NCBI RefSeq assembly: GCF_001194135.2
Contig: NC_068994.1
Location: 28,450,446 to 28,514,445, forward strand
Source: Octopus bimaculoides
Taxonomy: Eukaryota
Direction: 5' to 3'
Length of the DNA: 64,000 bases
A model generated the notes under the pieces. That model was not told where the DNA came from. It made no database searches and worked only from the letters and a program-made list of their open reading frames with translations. Below, piece by piece: positions 50,790 through 63,080 of this stretch; position 1 is the stretch's first letter, and every line of letters begins with the position of its first letter. Position numbers and translations under genes: made by a program.

Positions 50790-51299
50790 CTAGAAAGAAA
50801 TAAAAGGAAGAAAGCCAATTAGAATACTATGAAAATTAAAGAAGCTTCTGTTTGTGTCTGTGTCTGTTCTTTTTTGATTATTTTATTTCCCAACAATTTA
50901 TTTGAAAGCAGTATCAAATGTGATGTTGGGACTAGTATCTTTTACAGATGAAAGTCTTTTTTACAGTTAATCACTCAACTAACACTATACAGTAGAACAG
51001 TGCTAATATTTTTAACTGACAAAATGGAAGTGAAAAGAATAACATATCTTTCCTCAGAATACCCTATCTCACACCTTACTGATTAGATAAGGTTAACACA
51101 GAAAAGTTGACACACACGCATATATACATACACATTAGTGGAGGTGGCAGCTCCTTCCTGTGTTTCTGAGTATTTCTTTCTTTCCTTGTGTTTCCCCATT
51201 TATAACTGGCAAGATTGATTTTTGCATAGAACAAGTGTCCAGAGAGGTCATATTTGATAGCTAGCAGAGGGCTTATTTGGAGTTAGCAGGTCTTTAGCC

Positions 51300-51530
51300 A
51301 TTGATCTTCTACATTTCTTCAAGAATGTTTTTCAAAGCGCCATGTTGTTCTGTCTTCTACGTGTTGCTTCTGGAATTAAAGATCGATGTTGATGCTCTTC
51401 ATCGTCTGTTTCAACTGGTCTTCATAGCATCACACAGGGCAGCCATCTGGTCTCTAACCAGTGTTGAATCTGATGTAGATGATGCGACATGGCACATATT
51501 CATGGAGTGGACACTGTATGACTACACATA
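51300..51530 (-). mobile_element. Old RTE/BovB-like C-terminal fragment
   Basis: Minus frame DQLKQTMKSINID...EDRTTWR resembles the RTE C-terminal KDxLK..MK..NID....DR..WR pattern. Confidence 0.45.
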
Positions 51531-51939
51531 GATAGATGCGCACACACACACACATATCATCATCATTTAAAGTCCACTTTACCATGCTTGCATAGGTCAG
51601 ATGTAATTTGTTGGGGCAGATTTTCTACAACCAGACCCATCACTTGTTTCCGAGCAAGGTACAAGCTAATATATAAAGATTGTATGATGAAGACACTCGT
51701 TTAGAAACCATCACATGAAGTCAAGACAAGGGTACAATATACACATCTGTACACACACACATATTAACAGAAGTCATAGAGTGAATCAAGGGTTGAGTTT
51801 TGGTCCTTGGGTCATTTTTGCAGATAATATATACCATTCTTATACAAGAATAATAAATTTGTTTTCTACAAAAGTATAGCATAACCCAATAGATTAATGT
51901 AAAATTGTTTCTATTATGATTAAACATATATATATATAT

Positions 51940-52195
51940 ATATATTAGAAAAAATAATAAGGTACTCAGATATCTGGATGGTTGTACATTTACAGATTTT
52001 TATTAATGTCACATGTTTTTTATAAATTAGTGCTTGCATCTATTCTAGTAGATTCTCCAGATTTTGGAAAATCTGGAGAATCTACTAGAATAGATGCAAG
52101 CGCTAATTTATAAAAACATATGACAAATTAATAAAAATCTGTAAATGTACAACCATCCAGATATCTGAGTACCTTATTATTTTTTCTAATATATA
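51940..52195. repeat. Near-perfect palindrome with about 127-bp arms and a 2-nt loop
   Basis: ttagaaaaaataataaggtactcagatatctggatgg...ctccagatttt GG aaaatctggag...ccatccagatatctgagtaccttattattttttctaa; centre at 52066-52067. Confidence 0.95.
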
Positions 52196-52227
52196 ATTCC
52201 TGTACATCACCTCCAAACCTTCTTATA

Positions 52228-52258
<31 letters not shown>

Positions 52259-52767
52259 NNNNNNNNNNNNNNNNNNNNNNNNNNNNNNNNNNNNNNNNNN
52301 NNNNNNNNCTATATCCATACATATATCTACATACCTACATCTATATTTAAATCTCTTGGATACCCTGTATTATAATACCTACATCTATATGTATACATAC
52401 ATGCATATATGGGTACAGGACATCAAAAAGAACGTTAAACACAATGAGAAACGAAACCATAGAAAACGAACTTTTTTCGAACAATGAAAAAAAAAAAACT
52501 CAGAGAAACGAGACATGCAACATAAAGAGAAAATCCCTTCATCAGTTGTCCCTGTTTCATCTACTCCGCGTTTCGAAGGCAAGGACAATACGCAACTTCG
52601 TTGAAACAGTCCTTCCCGCAAAGCAAATTAAATAAAATTTGGGATTTTTTGCGAGGGTGAAAGTGTTAAGAACAGGACAGTGAGAACAAGGCAGTAAAAA
52701 CAAACGGTGAGGGCTGTTAAGCTAAGACGATAGAAAAATTATTATGAACGCTAAAGTCTGTCATACC

Positions 52768-52807
52768 GGCCATGACGAAGGGAAATAGCCCTGAAACTCG
52801 AGTCGCC
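52768..52807 (+). ncRNA. Minimal type I hammerhead ribozyme motif at the end of a 52400-52810 interspersed repeat
   Basis: GGC-CATGACGA-AGGG(AAATAG)CCCT-GAAAC-TCGA-GTC-GCC; all three stems close; palindromic stem III loop; core reads CAUGACGA rather than CUGANGA. Confidence 0.72.
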
Positions 52808-53094
52808 TTTATATATATATATTTATATATTTGATCCTTTATATTGAACACTCAATATTTCATCTACATTCAATACTTTCTTTCATGGTGCCATCCATTT
52901 TTATTTTATTTTATTTTATATTGTATATTATATTATATATTGTATATTCCATATTCTATACCCCACATTAGTTCTGCAGGAATATAAATAAAACATAAAA
53001 AACAGACAGTGTTGGAACTCTTTTAAGCAAAATAATATATTCCTCTATACACAATCATACAAAAACCCCCACCTTTTTTGTATTTATTTTTACT

Positions 53095-53130
<36 letters not shown>

Positions 53131-53520
53131 CCTCCTGGACAGACCGCTGAGTTACGTTTCAGACAGTAAGATGGACAAATAAACTAACATATTCCAATAT
53201 CTTCCCGTTCTACCATTTTAGCTTGTATAAGAGCCGTGCAGTAAAAGTAAGATTTCTGTGGGACTTAGTTTTGATCCTCAGTTAAAACCCGGTCATTGAT
53301 ACAATATTTCATTTCCTGTCTTGCACATATCAGTGAAGACGGCGAAATGCGAAGTACTAACAATGTATTTATCTAAATTAAAAAGTATAATTAAAATGAA
53401 CGAAACACCCGGGGCTGATAAACTAAGATTGTCTCCCATAAATAAATAGAAATAGCGCAAAGAAAACAGCAAAATCTTAAAAATAAAAATATGTAATTCT
53501 CACTAAGACAATTTACTCAC

Positions 53521-53523
53521 CAT
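53521..53523 (-). CDS. COMMD4: COMM domain-containing protein 4, exon 1 (coding part is only the ATG)
   Basis: Minus strand reads ...tttgaaac ATG|gtgagt; phase 0 joins exon 2 to give [14 protein letters not shown]. Confidence 0.85.
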
Positions 53524-53529
53524 GTTTCA

Positions 53530-53817
53530 AACTGGAATCAACAACTCCCACAACTTCCGCTTAAACGTATCCTGCAGTAAATGATTGAACTATCGTCTGC
53601 TATAGAAGATATAAGGTTTATGAAAATAAAATGAAAAACAGAACAAAAACAATGAACTTTCAAAATACATTTGTACTAAATGGAACTAAAAGTAAGTTCT
53701 AAAATATTTTTATAAATTTTCTTCTCTGAAATGTATTACAGATTATAGAATTTAGCATTCTGGTAATCACATACATACACACACGCTTACGCACGCACGC
53801 ACACGCACACACGCACG

Positions 53818-53853
<36 letters not shown>

Positions 53854-54460
53854 GACATGCAGCGTAGAGACCAGTGGTTTACTGCCACTGGGGATGAAAG
53901 CTGGAACGTGATCAATGTCAGTTAGGTGAAATGGACTAGATAGTCTTATGGTGTGAAACCTGAAGCCACCAAGAAACATGCCTGATGACATCTTAAATAT
54001 TATTTTGGACAATATACACAATACAGATCGGAATGGATCTGGTTTTTAAAGTCAACTGGAGAAAGTAACAGACACGTTCCTGTTTTATTATACCTCGTCA
54101 ACAAAGCATATTCTATGTAGTTGGGTAGACTAATATCAATACACAAGTATATATATGTAACACACACACACACACGCGCACCCCTCTAGGGGTGTATTTA
54201 AAATCCAAAAGTAACAAATAAAAGACGCACTCTTCGGCTTTAGTAAACAGGAAGGACACATTTGACAATGTAGCCCTACATATCCAAAAAGACGGAATAA
54301 GCACGGCGAGGATGCTTTTGATCATGGGCCTTATTTTAGTCTAAACAACAACGCCAACAAATGGAAATATTTCTGTACTGATTTAGAAATAACACTTGCT
54401 ATGGTTTATTTTGGAGTCAACAGTTGCTGCGAAATAGCTAAAGGTACACTTCCGTCAAAA
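53530..54460. promoter_or_regulatory. Putative bidirectional promoter region for COMMD4 (-) and MRPL9 (+)
   Basis: Head-to-head genes; visibly more CpG than the introns; ETS/GABP-like ACTTCCG at 53553-53559 and 54448-54454; exact TSSs cannot be determined from sequence. Confidence 0.6.
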
Positions 54461-54503
54461 AGAGAGAGATTAAGTCATTGAATGCTTTCGCTATCTTCGC
54501 AAG
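54440..54503 (+). other. MRPL9: Putative non-coding first exon (5' UTR) of MRPL9
   Basis: The first coding exon starts exactly at an acceptor (tttatag|ATG), so an upstream UTR exon is expected; good donor AAG|gtcagt at 54503/54504 just after an ETS-like motif; start coordinate approximate. Confidence 0.45.
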
Positions 54504-55876
54504 GTCAGTTATTTGTTTTTGCTCTTTCTCAATATTGAACATAATAACATATATAGTTGACATTAAAATATATGTTTTAGTTGTAAGTTTAACTATGAAG
54601 CTACAAATTTAGTTAGCTATTATAAAAGTTGGAGTATATTTGAATTACTGCGATTTCCCTTCGAATGCAGCAGGCACGTTGTTTTGTTTTTTTAAAGACT
54701 ACTTTAGAATGTGAATTCTCGGGAACCAACTCTGAAATTCAGTATCTTTCCCCATTTCATTTCGTTAATTTTCCCAGAAATGGCACAACCCATTTTCTCC
54801 TTGCTCGATCAAAACAATAATAACAATATTGAGTGTTGTTTTTTAGTCTATGTCAGCCCTCATCTCGCAAATCTATGATCGAAAAAGCCCCTCGTATGTC
54901 ATTACTGGGTTTCGAGTTTCTAGCCGATCGTTCGATTTATAAATATTAGTATTTGACACAATACTAAAAAAGAACAAAAAAAAAAAAAAAAANNNNNNNN
55001 NNNNNNNNNNNNNNNNNNNNNNNNNNNNNNNNNNNNNNNNNNNNNNNNNNNNNNNNNNNNNNNNNNNNNNNNNNNNNNNNNNNNNNNNNNNNNNNNNNNN
55101 NNNNNNNNNNNNNNNNNNNNNNNNNNNNNNNNNNNNNNNNNNNNNNNNNNNNNNNNNNNNNNNNNNNNNNNNNNNNNNNNNNNNNNNNNNNNNNNNNNNN
55201 NNNNNNNNNNNNNNNNNNNNNNNNNNNNNNNNNNNNNNNNNNNNNNNNNNNNNNNNNNNNNNNNNNNNNNNNNNNNNNNNNNNNNNNNNNNNNNNNNNNN
55301 NNNNNNNNNNNNNNNNNNNNNNNNNNNNNNNNNNNNNNNNNNNNNNNNNNNNNNNNNNNNNNNNNNNNNNNNNNNNNNNNNNNNNNNNNNNNNNNNNNNN
55401 NNNNNNNNNNNNNNNNNNNNNNNNNNNNNNNNNNNNNAAAAAAAAAAAAAAAAAAAAAATGAAAATCCCTCCAAATAGAAAAGGCTGGGAGGAGTTATAT
55501 GGTTTGCTTGGATCAGAATTCCGTCAAAAGGTGTTCCACTTCCCCCTCTCTGTGTACATCAAGGAGTAAATTGACAACTCGTGATTTGAAGGAAATTTGG
55601 CTTAATCTTCATCAGTCTACTGTTAGAGAATATTTTGATATATCTGTATGACAGCCTAGAAGTCATTATATATTGCTTGATCTCCAAATTCCTCTCAAAT
55701 GAATTCCATCATTCTAAATAAAGAAGGATACATTAGACAAAAAGCTCTGCCCTTGGTCATGGCTGGAACACCTTTGATCATAAGTCTGTTGAACTAGGGC
55801 CTACTTGAGGCTCAGCAACAACCAGCTTAATTTTTGTTGTATTTCTTTCAAATTATTTTTTTCCTTTTTTTTATAG

Positions 55877-55975
55877 ATGGCGTCTTTAATTCGCAAGCTA
55901 CCTCAGTGTGGGAATTACTTGTTTCTTCAAGCCAACAAGAACCATATTAATAACTCATGTTTAGTACTAACACGG
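55877..55975 (+). CDS. MRPL9: Mitochondrial ribosomal protein L9, first coding exon (transit peptide)
   Basis: tttatag|ATG...CGG|gtatgt; MASLIRKLPQCGNYLFLQANKNHINNSCLVLTR has no acidic residues (presequence-like) and joins the next exon in phase 0. Confidence 0.8.
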
Positions 55976-56229
55976 GTATGTTTCATTAAAACAGTTTTCT
56001 TTTAAGTATTGTTAAAAATGATTGTCTTTCTTCCAGACAAGCATAACTTTGCAGCTAGAGAAGACCATGTTAATTGTGGTGAACCATTTCTCACTGGAGA
56101 TTTTAAAATAAAGCCAATTAATATTTTAAATACTATATTTACTCTCATATAACAGGCATTTAATACAAAAAACTTCAGGGACAAAATTAGTGAAGTGCAT
56201 TATCATCATCAATCCCTTGATATTATGAG

Positions 56230-56462
56230 GAATCATAGGGCCAGTTACTCACTTTCCATGGCATGTAAGTAACTGAGACCACGTCATTCATCCTGAACAG
56301 TACACCAGCCCATTACAGGGTTACTCATTTACTGCTGAGTGGACTGGAGCAACTTGAAATTAAGTGTTTTGCTCAAGAACACAATGCACCATCCAAACCA
56401 GAAATTGAAACCTTGATCTTGCAATCATGAGTACAACACTCTAACCACTAGGTCATGCACCT
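56230..56462 (-). mobile_element. tRNA-derived SINE with CORE-like domain
   Basis: Minus head ggtgcatgacctagtggttagagtg (A-box-like); ttgagcaaaacactt...gctccagtccactcagc body. Confidence 0.6.
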
Positions 56463-56483
56463 TCACATTGCATTATACTAGAG

Positions 56484-58896
56484 CAGTGGTTCCCAAACTT
56501 TTTTTCTCTGAGCTGCATTTTTGGAATGAAAATTTGCTTCCATCTCACCAAGTTTTATGTGATAAAAAGTATATTTAAAAAATAATAAACAACTAATAGT
56601 GTGTTAAATGTGATATATAACCCAAATAACTTATATGATTAAAGTACACAAATTTAATGAAAGGTATGAGCTTGTTTTTGACGAGTAATCTCCTTTATAT
56701 TAGGCCTAATTTGAAATAGACAAACTCATTTCCTCATCAACACAAAGAAGCCTTCCCTTTTTTTGGTTTTTGATATTTGTCAGAACTGAAGATCCTTGTT
56801 CACAGCAATATGTTATGGAGATAATGCTTTTGAAAAGACACATGGATATTGTTTCTATTTGTATATCCAAAATGAGTTCAATGGTACACTCTTGTGTTTC
56901 ATTTTTAAGGTGCGATCACTTGAAATGTTTGCCAATTCTTCCTCCTCATCTAATGTAAGATCTAAACAGCTTGAATTTGCAATAGGGTCTCTAACCCAGT
57001 CAAATTTTCTTGTAGACAACGATAGAAAGTAATCATAACTTTTTTCTAAAAGTATTACAAGATGTTCCTGTATAAGGGCATACAATTTCTTACTTGTTTT
57101 AAAACTTTTTATGAATGGGAACATTTCTTGGTTATGTTGCATTGCTCTTCCTAGCCAGAGTTGAAGCTTTTTTTTAAATGCAGTCAGTTTATCTGTAGTT
57201 GTGAGTCAAATATTTCACATACCAGTCATTCTCATCCAGCTGGTGAAACAATGGGTTTCCTTCTTGTTTTAAAAATGCTTTTAATTCATTCTTCAGTTCC
57301 AACACCTGATTTAAAACTTTTCCCCAAGACAACCAGCAAACATCTGTGTGCAGAAGTAGGCAGTGGTTTTCTGATTTCATGTCTTTGTATAGCTGAGCAA
57401 ATAATCCTGCCTTTATTGGTTTTGCTTTGATGAAGTTTACAATGTGCACAGTTTGATCCAAAACCAACTTCAAATCATCCACAAGGGTCTTGGAGACTAA
57501 TGCTTCTCTGAGTTGATATTACATCTGGATTTATCTTTCTGACGATTGCCACCAAGCCTCTCACAGTCCCTATCATACTTGGGGGCCCCATTCGTGCAAA
57601 TTCCAATACAAGAATTCCATGAAATCTCAACCTTTTCAAAATACTCAGACAGGGCTTGAAAAATATCTTGTCCCCTAGTACGTTCAAGTTCCTTGCAAAA
57701 TAAAAATTGTGAATGAATCTGCTATAAGCAAGCAACTGTGCCCTTCCACTAATGTCGATAGATTCATCAACTTGAATGGCAAATTTAGAATTCTTAATAC
57801 TTTCAGAAACACAGTTCTCAATATAGCAGACATATCAGCTATTCTTCTGTGAATTGTATTATCAGACAAAGGAATTTTCATAACTTCTGGCTCAGCATCA
57901 TCATCAGAGAAAGTTTTCACAATCAAGCGGCTAGCAAGCTGAATTAATTTTTCAGCTATTAAATGAGGTTTTGTTTGTTGAGCAATTAGTTCTGCTACTT
58001 CCTACAATACAATCTGCATCTTGTCTGAAATTGTCATTGGTTTTTCAAAATATGATTGCTGGTGTTTCTGTTGTTCCAAAAGCCTTTCAAAGTATTGAAC
58101 ATCTTTGCCAGATTTTCATGTTTTGATGACAGATGTCTTTTTATCTTGCTTGGGACCATATTGGAATTGAAAAACTTTTCAACACAGATCCAACACATAG
58201 GTTGAGGTGCATTTTTATCTCCAGTCTATGAGAAACTGAGACTCTTAGCTATCCATAATATACTGTCAGCATACTTTCTTTTTTGGAGGCTTGCTTTGAC
58301 CTGCTTCTGTTGTAGAATTTGGTGTGTCTTCTTCAATACCTTGTTTATCTGATGATTCTGGATTGGTAAATGAATCTCATCATCCTTGTTATCACTTGAT
58401 ACTTTCACTCTTTTTAAAAAAAAATATGTATCCATGATCTGAAAGGAATAAAATATGACCCTGTATTTAGCCTTTTATTCTAGTGGCTGTAATGCCAGAA
58501 ACGAAGTCACCTGCTCAGGGGAAGGGAAGTCCCAGTGAAAAGGCACAAGCAGCCCTACAGCAAAGAAGGCCAGAGAAAGGGTTAAAAGGAGTTAACCATA
58601 GATACGAAGTCAGAACATTATCATTGATAACTCTCCCCTCCAATTTGAGGACCCTAGTTTTAATACTTGACACAATGCAAAAATATCACAATGATAAAAT
58701 CGGTCAATAATTATTTATAACTATCTATACTGGGGCTCATGCATGCAATTACAAGTAATCCATAATAATATTTGAAATTTTGAAATCATATTTATTTTTG
58801 GCATATGAATTTTTTGAAACTGTTTCTAAATCTTTGATTGTCTTTCAATCATTCTGCTGCACTTATGAGGTGCACCACACCATTTTGGAACCACTG
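56484..58896 (-). mobile_element. hAT (Charlie/Buster) DNA transposon, degraded, with both ends intact
   Basis: TIRs cagtggttcccaaa / ttttggaaccactg; perfect 8-bp TSD TACTAGAG (56476-56483, 58897-58904); transposase remnants RKY, PLSDNTIHRRIADMS, VNFIKAKP...LLLHTDVCWLSWGKVL. Confidence 0.93.
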
Positions 58897-60148
58897 TACT
58901 AGAGTGTAAAAAAACAAAGAGGATAAAATATATAACTAATTATTAGGTGTCACATATTTGAGATGGCATTGTACTCAAATGAATATTGTAGTTCATGTTT
59001 TTTAAAATAAAATGAGTGAATGCTTGAGATGAGTTGTTAATGGTTATCTCCATCATTGTTTTACATTTGCTTTTTTTGCTGGTTTGGTGGTGGATTCTGG
59101 GGCAGTGGTTTACAGACAGTTACCCCTTCTGTCACCAGCCTTTGTAATTGACTCTTATAACACACTGGAATATTGTGTCCCTGCCCTAAAACTGGTATGC
59201 ACATAGTAAACCAAGCAATAATTATAATTTTTTCCAATCATCAACATCATCTTTGAAAATGAAAGTGTTTCTAATATTTACATTTGCAGTAAATGACAAT
59301 GTCAGTAGTGTGTCTCATAAAATTGAGGTCAACTTTGCTTTCTTCCTTCCAATAAAAAGAAATATAAATACACATTAGATAATGTGGTTGTTGATTTCTA
59401 GGTCACAAAATGAGACAGGATGATCACAGCAGAATGATTTTGAAGGTAGATGTACTTTGTTATTGTTGATTGTTGATCTGAGGCTAAACAATTTGTATGA
59501 TGACCACAGCTTCTATCAATATCATTTAGATCATGGCCTCTGAAATAGCAAGCTGTGGTCATGGTCACTGTTATCAAATCTTTGTAGTTGTTGTTACAAA
59601 TATTTCATACAACTGGTCCTGTTGGTTATCAATGTGTGGTAGTTATTGGGAATTTTTATATATTGATGATCTAGTTCTCATTGCAGAATGTTTGAAAGTT
59701 CCAATCTGGAGGAAGTGTCCAGAATCCAATAGCCACATCTATATAGTCCAATGTTCAATCCTAAGATGCATGGTACCTTGGCAAGTGTCTTCTACCATTG
59801 CCGTGGGTTGACCAACACCTTGTGTTTGGGACTTGATTGACAAAAGCAGTGCAAATGTGTGTTATTTGTATGTTTATCGTTTCAGTGATGTACATTTGCA
59901 AAATTTCAATGAGAAATTGCTCATAAACTTGTGCCTTCAAACAAATATATCTTGCATTTGTTCAAGATGAGTCTCACAGAGACACCCTTGTCATTTTCAC
60001 CATCAGAAACTCAGTGAACCAGTGATTAACCCATTAGGAAGCAATAACCAACAATGGTATACTTGACAAAATGCATGATATAAAATAGGTATCCATATTT
60101 CCATAATCATATAGACCAGTTTTTATGCCAGAAGTCAAGAGGTTAAAG

Positions 60149-60355
60149 CAGTGGTTCCCAAAGTGAGTGGTACTGCACTCCGCGCAACAGCTGTATGTGT
60201 GTGTGTGGAAATACTGTGAAATACTGTTGTTTTGAATTTGCTACAGAAAATGGTCTATGTCTGTGATGGTGAGTGGTGGTGGTGGTCGGGTGGGCACTTG
60301 GAATGTGACCTTAGAACCAAGTGGGCAGCAGCCTGAAAAAGTTTGGGAACCACTA
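60149..60355. mobile_element. 207-bp hAT MITE
   Basis: TIRs cagtggttcccaaa / tttgggaaccacta; perfect 8-bp TSD GGTTAAAG (60141-60148, 60356-60363). Confidence 0.9.
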
Positions 60356-60605
60356 GGTTAAAGTATGATAGAGAAACAAGAACAGGTATCTTGCTGTAGG
60401 GAAGATACATGGTTACCCCAGTTGGGAAAAAAAAAAGGGGATGGAAATGAAAGTGTATCAAAGACATACCTTCAAGTTATTGGAAGGTGACTATAAGAGA
60501 AATGGTATGTGCCTAGTAGGAAAAAACATGTGAAATGAAAGAAAAATATGATAAATGATATCTTCACTGAAAAATATATGTATGTTTATTAATGTTATTT
60601 TGTAG

Positions 60606-60762
60606 AACACAGTTATTTTAAAACGAGAATGGGCAGTTCCATTAACCAATCCAGGAGACATACCTCATCTAAAGGATAAACATAGAGTATTTAAATTTGT
60701 TGAAAACACTAATGCTGAAAAACTGCCAGATATCCAGTGTATCCTCACAGACAATATTGATG
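60606..60762 (+). CDS. MRPL9: MRPL9 coding exon
   Basis: tttgtag|...|gtaaga; NTVILKREWAVPLTNPGDIPHLKDKHRVFKFVENTNAEKLPDIQCILTDNID resembles mammalian TVIVERWWKVPL...HRVYKLVEDT...LILT; 157 nt. Confidence 0.92.
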
Positions 60763-61789
60763 GTAAGAAGTTATATTTTATTATTTTTATCTGTTATCAT
60801 GGCAGAACCATTAGTGCGACAGACAAATTGCTTATTGCTAATGATGTGACTTAGCTTTTCATCCTTTCAGGGTTGATGAAATAAGTACCAGTTGAGCACT
60901 GGGGTTGATGTAATCAACTAACCCCTCTCTCCAAAAATTTGAAGCCCTGAGCCTAAAGTAGAATGGATTATTATTAGTAGTGTCATTGTGATGATGATGG
61001 TGACAGTGGATTTGCAGAATTATTAAAGCATCAGACAAAGTTCCATGCAATATTTTTTGTGGCTCTTTACACTCTGAGTTTAATCTCACTGAGGTCAACT
61101 TTCGGTGAAGTACCAGTCAAGTATTAAGGTCGATAGTTTTGACTAACCCCCTCTACTAGAAATTTCTGTCCTTGTACCTAAATCAGAAATTAAAGGTGGT
61201 GAGCTGGCTGAAATGTTACCACACTGGACAAAAGGCTTAATGTCATTTTTTTCTTGCACTTTATGTTCTCTGTTCAGATGCTGCCCAGACTGACTTTGTC
61301 TTTTGTCCTCTCAGGGTCAATAAAATAAGTATCAGTTAAGCAGTGGGCTCAATGTAATCAACTTACTTCTGAAAATTGCTGGCCTTGTGCCAAAATTAGA
61401 AGGGATTGTTATTATTGGAAAGTAGCAAGCTGGTAGAACTGTTAGTGCATCAAACAAACTGCTTAGCAGTATTTCTACCAGCTCTTTATGTTCTGTGTTC
61501 AAATTCGACGAAGGTCATCTTTGCCTTTCATCCTTTTGAGAGTGTTGGTAATATACGTACTAGTTGAGCACTGTGTTCAGTAACCAACTATCACCCACCT
61601 CTGAAATGGATGATCTTGTGCCAAAATTAGAAATCATTATTGTCATTATTAAATCGACCCCTGTCATTCATTTTCACCCTAACATCTAAACCATATGTAT
61701 CTACTCAGCACTCTGTATAAGTCTCTTATCAGTCTCTCTCCTGAGATGTAGAGGTTGATATTGACTTCTAGACCATTTCTAAGTTCTCT

Positions 61790-62017
61790 TCAATCCTTTC
61801 GTTACTGTATTTATTTTGAAATGCTCTGTGTTTCTTTCAATTGCTTTAAATATAACAAAGAATTTAGTAAAATAACTTAGTTATCATTCAGCTAGTGTTA
61901 GGAACATAAATTGTGACTAAGGTTTGGTGGAAGATTTTAATTAAAAACTTATGCAAACAAGACATTTGTACTCAGAGCTGGAGCCAGTTTCAGCCAGTTT
62001 GATAACAAAAGGGTTAA
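61790..62017. mobile_element. TTAA/CCCTTT-type MITE (piggyBac-like termini)
   Basis: Left tcaatcctttcgttac, right gataacaaaagggttaa. Confidence 0.6.
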
Positions 62018-62142
62018 GCTCTTTTCTTTTGAAAATCACATTAGAAGTGTGATCTTCTTCAATCCTTGCAGATTTTCCTTCCTTTGAGTCGCACATTCCA
62101 CATCTGACATTGCTATGGTTTGTCTCTTTTCTCAATTAACAG

Positions 62143-62261
62143 GCATTGGCTATAAGAACGAATTGGTAACTGTGAAAAGAAAGTTATTCCGCAATATTCT
62201 GTATCCAGCAGGACTAGCAATGTATGCATCACCTGAAAACATTGAGAAGTTTGCTGTGACA
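62143..62261 (+). CDS. MRPL9: MRPL9 coding exon (L9 N-terminal domain)
   Basis: ttaacag|...|gtaagt; GIGYKNELVTVKRKLFRNILYPAGLAMYASPENIEKFAVT (bL9 GxxGxLVxVK...RNxLxPxGLA motif). Confidence 0.94.
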
Positions 62262-62757
62262 GTAAGTAAAGGGCTTGTCCTTTTCAGTCCCAGTTAGAAT
62301 CATTTTGATTATGTTACTAATGCCTTTTGTAAAAGTATGCATGTCAATATTTCCCATTTCCCTGCCTCTTAAATGTAAATTCTTATGTAAACTACTTCTG
62401 TAGGCATAGCTATGTAGTTAAGAAGCTCATTTTGCAACCATGTTCAGTCCCACTGTGTTGACCAATACCTTTGGAGTGAATTCGGTTTGTGTTTGTCGCT
62501 CTACTATTGCTTGACAACTGGTGTTGATTTGTTTGCATTCATACCATTTCTTAGCAGTTTGGTAAAAGAAACTAATAGAATAAGTACCAAACATTAAAAG
62601 TATGCACTGGAGGCAATTTATTTTATTAAACACTTTAAGGCAGCCCAAAGCATTTGCAAAATGTATGTATGTGTGCATGTATTTACACACACACACACAC
62701 ACACATGTATAAAGTATTAGTTTTAATTTTCTATTTCTATATTTTCTATATTCTTAG

Positions 62758-62793
62758 AGTGAAGAATTCCTGGGTTCTCGATGGGCAAGATTG
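62758..62793 (+). CDS. MRPL9: Probable short MRPL9 coding exon; the gene continues beyond the window
   Basis: Strong polypyrimidine tract ttcttag|AGT...TTG|gtaagt; 36 nt, phase 0/0, SEEFLGSRWARL; little recognisable homology. Confidence 0.6.
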
Positions 62794-63080
62794 GTAAGTT
62801 GGTTTACATTTTCCATTTTATTTCAAATACTTTTAGATTGATATTTCAGTGCTAAAATGGGTTGGAAGGGTTAATAAATGTTTAAATATTTGGATATTGC
62901 TAGAGTGTTAGCTGTCCATCTGGATGGGTCTTCTTACTGCTAGTATATCACCTGTGAAGTAAGACTGGAATCTGTTGTGAGTCTGATATATTAGTGAGTA
63001 CAAAATACAGGGTACCCCAAACTTAACTATCACCTATTTCAGTGAAATCAGACAATTTTTTTAAAAACTCACTTTATTTA

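Noticed and set aside
52533-52582. Possible permuted (type II) hammerhead on the minus strand (GAAAC-GCGGA-GTA...CTGATGA-AGGG)
   Set aside because: Stem I cannot form and stem II closure is poor; kept only as part of the surrounding repeat
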